The notes under the pieces: generated by a model | Database searches by the model: none | The model's input: only the letters and a program-made list of their open reading frames with translations | What the model was told of the DNA's origin: nothing | Source of the DNA: Octopus vulgaris | Lineage: Eukaryota | Length of the DNA: 64,000 nucleotides | Assembly (NCBI GenBank): GCA_951406725.2 | Contig: OX597820.1 | Location: forward strand, 23,746,001-23,810,000 | Direction: 5' to 3' | Position numbers and translations under genes: made by a program | Shown: positions 11,443 through 23,019 of the stretch, piece by piece | Layout: each line of letters begins with the position of its first letter | Position numbering within the stretch: position 1 is the stretch's first letter

Positions 11443-11799
11443 TATATAAATAACTGAGAATGTTTTTGATAAAAATATTTAAATTAAATTTCATAAATAT
11501 AATTTTTCCCCAATGACATTTTTCCATTTTATTTTCTTAGATTGAAAGAAGTTGGAAGCTTTTTTTTTTTTTAATAAACTTTGTACTGGAGTCCACTGCA
11601 ACATTGTGTTATGGCTTAATACAAATACTGTTTGTCATGATAATCATTACCTTGACCAGTTCTTAGTGTAAATGATAATTATTCTGTGTTATCATTTCTA
11701 ATTGTACTTTGTTAGAGTAGTATTGTTTGAAAATGTGTTGTTGCATTTCCAATTGTTTTACTGTTCTAATTAAATTAGTAATAAACATAATTATTGCTA

Positions 11800-12018
11800 T
11801 GACGTGGTGCTGAAAAGTTCCTGGCTTTAAGGATATCGGGAAAAACCCTGATTGGAGGCCCAACTTTCTGAGTTCTTTTATAGGGCCTAAAAAAACTGAA
11901 GGACTGCTGCAATATGTGTGTGAATCTTAGAAGGAAATATGTTGCATAAAATCATAATCAACTGATCCTCTTGTATTTTCTTTTACTCAAAGCCAGGAAG
12001 TTTTAAGCACCCCCCCAC
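11800..12018. mobile_element. Mariner-like MITE
   Basis: TIRs ggtgctgaaaagttcctggcttt / aaagccaggaagttttaagcacc. Confidence 0.75.
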
Positions 12019-12428
12019 CTGTATATTGTTGATGATAAATACATGTAGTTTGAAAAATGATTTCATTTCCATGTAACAGTTGTCCTGATTCTTTCTCATC
12101 GAACATTATATATAAACATTTAAATTGCCAAATGAAAGAATATATATAAAAAAAATTAATGTAAAAATATAAAGAAAAAGGAAAACATGACATTCCTTTC
12201 AATACATATATCAACGCTTTGCTTCATTTCTTTTTTATTTGAAAATAATTAAAAAAAAGAATTTTAATTTGATGTTTAAATTTTGATTCCACTGAAATAT
12301 GGAACCGATTGCAAGCTTTTCCGTTACTTGGGACTCTGTATGAAACAATATTTATGTATTTTTTTGTGGCACAGATATTTTATTAATGTAGAATTTTAGC
12401 AGGAGTGTCTACTCTGTAGAATATGGTT

Positions 12429-12725
12429 CATCATCATCATCGTTTAACATCTGCTTTCCATGCTAGCTTGGGTTGGACGATTTGACTGTGGACTGGCGAA
12501 CCAGATGGTTGCACCAGGCTCCAATCTTGATCTGGCAGAGTATCTACAGCTGGATGCCCTTCCTAATGCCAACCACTCTGAGAGTGTAGTGGGTGCTTTT
12601 ATGTGCCACTGGCACGAGGGCCAGTCAGGAAGTACTGGCAACGACCATGCTCAAATGGTGCTTTTTACGTGCCACCTGCACAGGAGCCAATCCAGCGGCA
12701 CTGGCAACAACCTTGCTCGACATGC
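12429..12725 (-). mobile_element. Retroposon family C ((GAT)n tail, internal ~50-bp repeats)
   Basis: catcatcatcgtttaa..ctggatgcccttcctaatgccaaccact..ggtgctttttacgtgccac; other copies near 13640, 29277, 34590, 35585, 49193, 55205 and 61645. Confidence 0.8.
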
Positions 12726-13852
12726 CAGAAAAACAGTTGAAGCTGTGTAAGGTGTATTTGGGGCCTGGATTGGGAGTTTAGTGAAATATTTAGGATACTG
12801 GTAAATGCTTACAAGCACTCTATTTGCAAACTACAGAAAGTAGCATTCATTACAAGACTGGATATCTTTCAAGGAATTCAGTATGCCTGAAATATAGTTC
12901 TTTGTAAAATTTGTTGGAAAGCTGCAGAAAAAGTTCCTAATGTAGCTGAATGTCAGATTCTTCAGATCAGTGAGAAGAAAAATTGTCTTGAATTGGTCTA
13001 CAGATGTCCATTTTATGCTAAGAAAAAAAAAAAAAAGAAGAAAAATACACAGCCTGGTTTGACTGAATTTTGACTGAATATTTGATGGTATGTGCAAGAC
13101 AATGAGTGGATGTGGGTTTGATAGGCATATTGCACTTGTTGCATGACAGTTAGCCACACCACTTTCTGGGAAAGGAAATTGAAAGAAGAGCATGGGGAAG
13201 CTGTTGTTTTGCAGTTTAATTTGACACATACTTGAGAAATTAGAGGAACTTCCTCTCCTTGTAAATGAGTAATTGATGAGTCTTCATCTGCAGTGTAAAG
13301 TTTCATGATATATGTCTATACTCTTACTTTAATCAGGCCAAATTAAAATGAAAGCACATTCAATGCCCAGCTGAGAGCTGTATTCACCTAAGTCAGACAA
13401 AGTAATCTTATTGGAGGAACTGTCTTATGCTATGGCTGGAATGGACTGAGAAATATGGAGCCCAACTTTGCAGCTCTCTTGGACTTGTCCTTCTGTCACA
13501 CTTTAGCCTCTCAACACCTGGTATAGAACCATTGGTCCTTCTCCTCCCACTTATAAATACCCCCTCTCTATCTAGCTGAGGTTTTTTCCATTCTTCCTTC
13601 TTCCTGTTCTTTGTCTTGCAAGTTACTTGGTGACTCTGCTAGTGCTCTGTTAAGTGGTTGGCATTAGGAAGGACACCTGGCTGTAGAAATCATGCCAAGG
13701 CTGACATTGGAGCTAAACGTGGCTTGCTAGATCCTGTCAAACCAGCCAAATGATGCCAGCATGGAAAATGGACATTAATTGATGCTGATGATGTCGGTTG
13801 AGTAACAGCAATCCCATGCTCTTCTAACTTTGTGAGGAATATGGCCTATATA

Positions 13853-14075
13853 TTTATTTCTTTATTGCCCATAGGGGACTAAACATAGAGAGGACAGATA
13901 AAGGAATTAAGTAGATTACATCGACCCCAGTGCTTAATTGGTACTTATTTAATTGACCCCGAAAGGATGAAAGGCAAAGTTGACCTCAGCAGAATTTGAA
14001 CTCAGAACATAGCGGCGGACGAAATACTGCTAAGCATTTTGCTCAGCATGCTAACAATTCTGCCAGCTTGCCGCC
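13853..14075 (-). mobile_element. SINE-B
   Basis: TSD tatggcctatat. Confidence 0.85.
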
Positions 14076-14767
14076 CTGTATGGCCTATATATTGTCACAC
14101 AAAGGTTATCTTACAACAACATGGATGTACAGTGTATCTATCGAATCTTGTATTTGAAGTCTAAGACTTGGCACTTACTGGATTATATAATCACTTGCAA
14201 ACACAATATCCAAAATGTTGTGTATGTCAAGCCCTCTTTAATGGCTTGGTGTTGGATAGACCATTTGATTAGTGCAAACCAAAGTTCCAAATATTTTTAA
14301 AGTGAGAGAAAGCAGAGAACCAGGTAAGATTCTTTAGTGCTTGAATGTCCATAAGACATGTGATCAAACTTATTCATCCCACATGGGAAGAGTTTCAAGA
14401 CACTGTTTTCCGTGCATTAGGATGTGTTACAGCCAATCGTAGGGACTGGGTTGATGAATTTTAGTTGTGATGTCTGGTGTTCACAGCATTTTACTGCATG
14501 ATAGGCTATCTAGCGAGCATCACAATTTGGCACTTGTTCATTACTAGAATATAAAATCTGAACTTTGGCAATCACTCAAGTAGATGAAGAACAGTTAGTG
14601 ATGAAAGATTTCATGATAAAATCATTAAGAAGCACAATCATCACATGACACAGGCTTATGGACCTAAGAGTCTAGAACTGCCTTCTTTTCTTTCTTGAGA
14701 TGGCTCTATTCACTAAATCAACAGAGTTTGCTGGTCATTAGGTTGAATACTATTCAACCTAATTCAA

Positions 14768-14990
14768 AGGCAATGAGCTGGCAGAAACATTAGCACGCCG
14801 GGCAAAATGCTAGCAGTATTTCGTCTGCTGTTATGTTCTGAGTTCAAATTCCGCCGAGGTCGACTTTACCTTTCATCCTTTCGGGGTTGATAAATTAAGT
14901 GTCAGTTACACAATGGGGTCTCTATGTAATCGACTTAATCATTTTGTTTGTCCCCTCTATGTTTACCCCCTTGTGGGAAATAAAGAAATA
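14768..14990 (+). mobile_element. SINE-B
   Basis: Family similarity; flanking duplication ggttgaatactattc. Confidence 0.85.
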
Positions 14991-15104
14991 AGGTTGAATA
15001 CTATTCTAGCTGTTAAACAGTGAATCTTTTGTGATTGGAATCCCTGAACAAACACCTATCGTTATTTTGGACAAATTCCTTCACAGTAGATTAAGCAGCA
15101 AAGG

Positions 15105-15330
15105 CAATTAGTAAATTGAATCAAAGTAAGGCTCCTAGTGAAGATGGAATCTGTACTAAGGTCTTGTCCTTTGGTGGCAATCATATCACACAGAGATGAG
15201 TTTATTAGTATAGTCTTGAGAGTTGGTGCTATTTTGAAGGACTTCAATTTCTTTATAAAGGAAAGAGTGACAAAATACAATGTGGCAGCTATAGAGGCAT
15301 AGCTCTACTGTTGGTGGTTGGCAAGCTTCA
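15105..15330 (+). mobile_element. LINE (RTE-like) reverse-transcriptase N-terminal fragment
   Basis: Translates to KAPSEDGI ... LYKGKSDKIQCGSYRGIALLLVVGK, matching the canonical KAPGxDGI / NYRGISLL motifs. Confidence 0.75.
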
Positions 15331-15484
15331 CTTCTAAGAAGCAGGCATCTTTACATCACAATGTATACACTCTGCATGCATTAATAGCAATCATTGACAC
15401 AATAAATATCAGAGGGAAATGCAAATTTATTCAAGCAGCAACCAGTGAGAGTACCAAATGCATTTCGACTATTTCCATGGCATG

Positions 15485-15995
15485 TACTTGTTGGCTTCTG
15501 CTGGGATGAATTTTCATTTGTTTCTGATATTTATTGTGTTTTTAACACAGTAAGTCCAGAGATATTATTTTAGGACAAATACCACAGTAACTGGCCTATC
15601 AACAGTGTTAATACATTAAGTATGATTCATAGATGGCTGTTTTAATTAAATACTGCCTCAATTGCATACTGATTTTTAATCAACCAAGTGGTTATTTATA
15701 ATATTAGTGAATGCTTTTATTCACTTTTCCTATATCAGAGAGTACAAATTCCCACCTGATCATTGAAAAGGCCTAACAAGGCTGAAATGCATCCAGCACT
15801 CTTGTAGGCTGCTGCTAGGATGAATTTTCATCTGCCTTTGATACTTATTGTGTTTTTAACACAACAAGCCCATAAGAGAAGCAGAACAAATACTGCAGTA
15901 ACTGTCCTATTGACTATTTGTATACATTAACTATGATACATAGAAAGCTGTTTTAGTTAAATACTGTCTCAGTTGTTTATACTGGATTTTTAATA
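15485..15995 (+). repeat. Diverged tandem duplication (about 200-bp blocks, about 315 bp apart)
   Basis: ctgct.ggatgaattttcat...ttattgtgtttttaacaca...cagtaactg.cctat...gatttttaat at about 15490 and about 15805. Confidence 0.8.
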
Positions 15996-16070
15996 AGTAT
16001 TCTTTTTATTTGTAATTGAATTGTAATTGATGACCTTCCTGAATCTCAGTGTAGTTTCCATTATTTCTTT

Positions 16071-16285
16071 CTTATTTCTTTACTGCTCACAAGGGGCTAA
16101 ACATAGAGGAGACAAACAGATTAAGTCAATTATATTGAACCCAGTGTGTAACTGGTACTTATTTAATCGACCTCAAAAGGATGAAAGGCAAAGTCGACCT
16201 TGGCGGAATTTGAACCTAGAACATAACAGCAGATGATATACCGCTTAGCATTTCGCCCGGTGTGCTAACATTTCTGCCAGCTCAC
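16071..16285 (-). mobile_element. SINE-B
   Basis: Family similarity. Confidence 0.8.
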
Positions 16286-16960
16286 CACTGGTTTTCATTA
16301 TGGCAGAAGAACATTGGACATGACTTTCACTCAGGTTGATCTAACAAACTTTTGATACTCTGAATTGGACATCCCCATGGAAAAATATCCTGCAAACTTT
16401 GTATCAATAATTAAATTTTCCTCTGATGAAATGGAGACATTGGTCACTGTCCATCTAAACATGGCAAGACTCATTCTTGTCAAACAAGGTGACAACAATT
16501 TTCCTTATATTTTGCTGCTGTTTGCTCTTTTGGATATATTTGAAGTGATTAGACCTTGGATCCTCAACCAGGAATTGAAACCATAGTCTAAATGTTTCTG
16601 CAAACTTCTTTCCGTTGTTCTCTGGATTTGCATTCAGAAGTCATCAGTCAAATTCCTCGCCATTTTGGGTCAAGTCCAGTTCAACCTTGATAACCCATGA
16701 AATATTCATTATCACTTTGACATGTTTTAGTTATGGAATATTATTTGATTTGATTTTCCTAACTACACTTTAAAAAGATGAAAAAGAAAAATGGAGCAAA
16801 AAAAAAAGGGGGGGGACTGGATTGTTATAAAAACAAAATACTAAATAGAATTCTCCCCTCTTATTTGGCACCTGTAGCAGAGGTAGCATCTCTCTTGTTT
16901 TCTCTTATCATCAATGAAAACCACACTAGCCTTATTACTGTCTGCTTCCTTTCACATTAA

Positions 16961-17181
16961 CCCTTTCGTTACTGTATTTATTTTGAGATGTTCTGTGTTT
17001 CTTTCAATTAATTTTAAATATAACAAAGAATTTAGTAAAATAACTTGGTTATCATTAAGCTAGTGTTAGGAACATAAACTGTGACTAAGGTTTGGTGGAA
17101 GATTTTAATTCAAAACTTATGAAAACAAGACATTTGTACTCAGAGCCAGAGCCGGTTTCAGCTGGTTTGGTAACAAAAGGG
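16961..17181 (+). mobile_element. 221-bp piggyBac-like MITE
   Basis: TTAA|ccctttcgttac ... gtaacaaaaggg|TTAA. Confidence 0.9.
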
Positions 17182-17998
17182 TTAACCAAGTCTTCGACAT
17201 CTACAATGATAGAACTTCTCTAAACAGTTGTAATTTATTTCCAGCTTGAAGAAGTTATGAATAAAATTGTTAATAGTTGAATAAAAGTTATATTAACTAT
17301 GATCTATTTCTGTCGTTTATTCCATGACCTATAAATTAACCAACATGCAGCCTTATTGACTTACTAAACCTCAACATCCTAATAACACAAATATCATTTA
17401 TACCTTCAATTCAGCTATTACATTTGATGCAACCCAATTAATAAGTTTAATTTACTCATTACATATGTGAAGTAACGATCTTCTGGTCATCTCACAATTT
17501 GTGATGGCTTATACCAAAGTAGAAGTTTTAGAATCCTTTATTCATGATCCCTTTTATGCAAATGGCTTCAGTTTAGTGGCACATATTCTTTAAGACATGC
17601 AAATTCTCACATGTATCATATTTTTGCATCTTGGAAGGTGTTTGGGTTTAGCACCAGGCTGGACAATGCCATTGTAATGTTCCAGCCTTCTTTAGAAGTC
17701 ACATAAATGAAACTCTCTATTTTAGTTGAAGGAATACAAATGTAAGTAGTAGACATAGCTGAACAGCATATTCTGTCTTTCTTGGCTATTTGGATGGCAT
17801 GAGTTGAGAAAGAGCAGGGAGAAAGAGAGGCATAGGGAAAGAGAGAGAGAGAGAGAAAGAGAGAGAGACAGAGAGAAAGAGCTAGATGTATGAACAATGT
17901 GAAGTTGCTGACAGGAAGTGCATCTGGGTGTAGAAAATCTACCTCAGCAAATTTCATCTGTCCCATGTAAGCATGGAAAAGTAAATATTAAAACAATG

Positions 17999-18032
<34 letters not shown>

Positions 18033-18381
18033 TAGGTATGGATGATGAGTTCAGTAAAAATTTAGATTCAGATGAATATGGTACTTAAGTTGAAGAACCA
18101 GAATTTAGTATCCATAAAATTTCAAAATAGGGTGATAAAAATCAAAATAAGCAATAGTTGCAACTATGATGTTGGTAAAACATGTTCTTTGTCTATCTTC
18201 TCAACCTCTTGGTGATTGTGGGTAAAATTATACTAATGTGTCCTTCTAATTTAATTAAATTCTATATCTTTGTGCAGCTGAAGATTGCTCTACGTTTTAA
18301 ATTGATGTAATAAAATGATTGCATTGTCCTATTAAATGGAGTCGCATGAAACAATCGTACTACAATCTGGATATCCCTTTT

Positions 18382-18888
18382 GTAATAAAAAAAATGTATG
18401 CACATATACGCAGCGCTATGCGTGTGGCAAGCTTTCTACGGCCGGATGCCCTTCCTGACGCCAACCCCCACCTGTTGCCAAGCGAGGTAGTTTTTCCCTC
18501 TCTCTCTTTGGGAGAGGCACAAGCACCTACACGTACATGTACACACACGGCAGTTATTTCCGCCTGCCGAATTCAATCACAAAGCTTCGGTCAGCTCGGG
18601 GCTATAGTGAAAGACACCTACCCGAAGTGCCACGCAGTGGGACTGAACCCGAAACCATGTAGCTAGGAAGCAAGCTCCCTAACCATACAGCCATGCCCGC
18701 GCCTACGATTTGGAGGGACAATTAAGTATATTTAAATGTACGCGCCATGACAGCTTATTGGCTGACAAGATACGTGAAATATAAATTATGAATGTATATA
18801 CACAATTATGAGCATAAACGCGTATGAATAAATATGCATACGCGTATAAATAAATATACACACTTGTGTCTAAATGTATTCGTGTATA
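18382..18888 (+). repeat. About 500-bp direct duplication, copy 1 (copy 2 at 22362-22838)
   Basis: Near-identical sequence, including junctions between SINE fragments and flanking DNA. Confidence 0.93.
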
Positions 18889-18929
18889 TTCACACACACG
18901 TGTGTGTGTGTATAAATATACACACACAC

Positions 18930-18963
<34 letters not shown>

Positions 18964-18999
18964 TCACACACGTGTATGTGTGTATATATATATACACCT

Positions 19000-19140
19000 A
19001 TACAAAATAAGAAAATGGAGGAATAATTTCCTTTCAATCATCAACTTACAGATAATACCAATTCATATAATTTATCAATTGGTATTATCTGTAAGTTGAT
19101 GATTGAAAGGAATCTATTCCTCCATTTTCTTATTTTGTAT
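19000..19140. repeat. Long palindrome: 64-bp arms, 13-nt spacer
   Basis: 19000-19063 is the reverse complement of 19077-19140 with 2 mismatches. Confidence 0.95.
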
Positions 19141-19324
19141 TATGAATTTGAGGTAAAACGTTTTACCTTCGCCCATATAATACAATAAATGAACTAATTG
19201 CATTGCAATCGTAAACATTTATGTATTAGCCTTTTGGGTACTTCACTGGCAGTATATTGGATAACTGATATCCCATAGTGAGTTACACTCATAACCCCTA
19301 TCTCACTTTGTACTTATATATACA

Positions 19325-19385
<61 letters not shown>

Positions 19386-19440
19386 CTATATATGCATATA
19401 TATATATATATATATATACTACAAAATTAGAAAATGGAGA

Positions 19441-19473
<33 letters not shown>

Positions 19474-19481
19474 CAGTATAT

Positions 19482-19523
<42 letters not shown>

Positions 19524-19664
19524 TATATATATAGAAATTTATACTTAAATCAATAAAACATCAACCATCAGATGATACTGTGGTTAACCAATCAATACTT
19601 ACATATATATACCATTATATAACATATATCCCATGGTGGGTTGAATTTTAACCCCTATCTCATT

Positions 19665-19740
<76 letters not shown>

Positions 19741-20145
19741 TATACTATTTATCAGAAGCAACAGAAACCACGGACTGAGTGTTTCGTGCAGTTCTGGAAC
19801 AAATTATAAAAACAATTACCATGTCGTGTAGGTAATTCATGTTTTTCAAATAATTTCCCTGATATGTCGTTCAGTGTATAAATACATAAACAAACAAGGG
19901 AAATTTTTATGGAATATGCTCACAAAACATACATTCCTAGAAGGAATGGTTGTCTATCTTTATTGTTGTAGAAGAGGGAAGGTAAAACAAAAATGCAACA
20001 AGTTTGCACGCACACACACTCGTATCTCGAATATCCATGTACATACACATAAATATAAGTGCGTGCGCGCACAGACATATAATTATCTTTTACTTGTTAC
20101 AGTCATTAGGCTGTGGCCACCCTGGGACACTGCCTTATATGTATA

Positions 20146-20528
20146 CTAGCAGTATCGCCCGGCGTTGCTCGGGTTTGTAAGGGAAATAACTATAAAGCAT
20201 TTTTAGAGAGTTATAGCCAAAAAATAGCAAAAAAATGCATTAAAAAATGGAAAAAAATTATGGTAAATTTTTTAAAAAATCGTTGACTCATCGTAGACAT
20301 TTTTAGAGAGTTACTTCCCTTATATTAAAAAAATCTGCATTAAAATGGAAAAAAATGATGGTAAATTTTTTTTTAAATCGTAGACGCGCGCTAATACCCA
20401 GAAGGACTCTATATGAATCACGACAATAAAATACCCGGTTTTGGTTAAACTGCACCGCAAAATGTGGGAGTAGTTAGGAATCTAAATCGTAGGAGACAGA
20501 CACACAACTTGACTTTTATATATAAAGA
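20146..20528 (-). mobile_element. Non-autonomous Helitron
   Basis: Minus strand reads A|TCTTTATATATAAAA ... CCCGAGCAACGCCGGG (hairpin) CGATACTGCTAG|T: 5' TC, 3' CTAG, A-T target, no TSD. Confidence 0.85.
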
Positions 20529-21351
20529 TATAACGTCCTGTAACTAATTATTTATATATGTATTAGTTACAAGACGTTTTGATAATTGATAGAGTGTAAA
20601 AATGATAAAACTGTGGACTCATGTCTATGCCACTACAGGTGGAACTTCAAAGTTACTGTCAATGACATTAATTATGTGTGTGTATGTGACCGTGTACGTA
20701 TGTGCATGTATGTATTTGTGCGTGTGTATCTGCATAAAATGAGAGGGAGTATGAGAGAAGGAAACACAAAGAGATAGAGGACACCGACTCATTTTCCGTA
20801 TATGCAAGGCTTTTAGCCAGCTTTAGGCAGTCGCAGTAATTTGTACTAAATTTGTGTCCTAGAAAAAATTTATTGACTCTTCAATGTCGTTTAAGTCTAA
20901 GAGAGGCTTTTGAGTTAGAATTCATCGCTAGCTTTCTGAATTTGAATTTTTTCAGGGTATAAATTTTGTACTTCCGCACCAATTGTTTTAAGTTAGCGAT
21001 GCAAATTCAGTATTACACACACACACACGCCACAAAAAGAGTAAAGAAAACGATACATTTCAACATGTTGATATAAAAGGCAAATAACAAATCACGATAT
21101 AAATAACCCATGAAGTTATTGTCGTCATGGGTCCGAGCCATTTGAATTAATGTTGTAAATGAGGAATTTTGATAACTAATTTTCGCTATTTAAACGGTAG
21201 TATTATTAATCTAGTACTTTTAAAACATATATGTACTTGTACATATATTTATACATTTTAGGTGGTTCCGCGGGTAAAATATTCACTGTGGTGGTAGGTA
21301 TTATAATAAACTATTGTGAACAAAAGGGCTTGATACTATGATAAAATACAC

Positions 21352-21772
21352 ATCAGGGATCTTTTCGGTTTGAACGGCAGTTTTTAAAAATAATTTCCAC
21401 GTAACTAAACACTTTTGAACTTTGTATACTGGTAAAATGTGTTTATAAAACATCTTTTTCTATTGGCTTTCTTGAGGAAATTCTATTGTTTGTAAGATAT
21501 ATATATATTTGTTTTTCAATTTCTGCAATTTCAACCAATCAATGACGTCTATTGAGGTGAAAACATTCTGTGCCGTATGAATATGTCCCTCGTTTAAGAA
21601 ACAGATTGGGTTTATTTACATTTGTGAAGAAAAAAAGATACCCTTCTCCCCACCCCTAACCCTAACCCGAAAACAGATTGAAATGCAATAGATCGATACT
21701 AGGGTCATAATTATGGGTAACAATTTCATATGACATCGCTAGAAAAAACTGCCGTTCAAACCGAAAAGATCC
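21352..21772. mobile_element. Non-autonomous DNA transposon with perfect 29-bp inverted repeats and an 8-bp flanking duplication
   Basis: ggatcttttcggtttgaacggcagttttt (21357) / aaaaactgccgttcaaaccgaaaagatcc (ends 21772); aaatacac at 21344-21351 and 21773-21780. Confidence 0.85.
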
Positions 21773-22361
21773 AAATACACGTTTTCTGATGTGCATTTTA
21801 TTATTGCTTTAAGTTAGGAAAACTTTAAAGTGATTCTTGTCCAGAATTATGGCTCATCTGACGGTTTCGCTTGAATTTCTCTTGAATTCGACTTTTGAAA
21901 ATTTTTTGATTGTTTAGTAATTATTTCGGCATAATAATAGGATCTTTGGTCAAAGTGAAAAGATCCTAATAATGATCATGAAATTATTGTATACAGTGCT
22001 CAGGTGCACCACAAAGCAGTTGTTGTTCTACTCCGTGTTTGTTACATCGCAACATTCTGAAAAAATAATTTTTGTAAATGAAACTGTGCAGAAATACGTG
22101 GTTTCAAGGATGTAAATTACGATTCTGCTGATTTCCTCTACAAAATCGGGACAACTGCGATCCGTCTGAGAAATGAGCCCCGCGATGTGAGGTGACCAGT
22201 GCAGCGAGTGTCAACGCCTTTGCAATTATATTCGCGAGGAGTGACTGAACGCGCCATTTGGTCTGGAGTGTATAACCTATGACACAACTTTGCCCCGTAA
22301 AAATGTCATTCAAAGCAAGTAAAATAATTATCAAAATAGACAGGTATTTTGCACATATTTT

Positions 22362-22838
22362 GCAATAAAAAAATGTATGCACATATACGCAGCGCTATGC
22401 GTGTGGCAAGTTTCTACAGCCGGATGCCCTTCCTGACGCCAACCCCCACCTGTTGCCAAGCGAGGTAGTTTTTCCCTCTCTCTCTTTGGGAGAGGCACAA
22501 GCACCTACACGCACATATGCACACACGGCAGTTACTTCCACCTACCGAATTCAATCACAAAGCTCCGGTCAGCTCGGGGCTATAGTGAAAGACACTTACC
22601 CAAAGTGCCACGCAGTGGGACTGAACCCGAAACCATGTAGCTAGAAAGCAAGCTCTCTAACCACACAGCCATGCCCGCGCCTACGATTTGGAGGGACAAT
22701 TAAGTATATTTAAATGTACGCGCCATGACAGTTTATTGGCTGACAAGATACGTGAAATATAAATTATGAATGTATAAGCATAAACGCGTATAAATAAATA
22801 TACATAATACATACTTGTGTCTAAATGTATTCGTGTAT
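22362..22838 (+). repeat. About 500-bp direct duplication, copy 2
   Basis: See 18382-18888; both yield the same pseudo-ORFs. Confidence 0.93.
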
Positions 22839-22958
22839 ACACGAATATATATATGTATATATATACATGTATGTGTGTATATATATATACATACACACAC
22901 CTATATATGTATGTATATATATATATATATATATATGTGTATATATATATATATTTAC

Positions 22959-23019
<61 letters not shown>

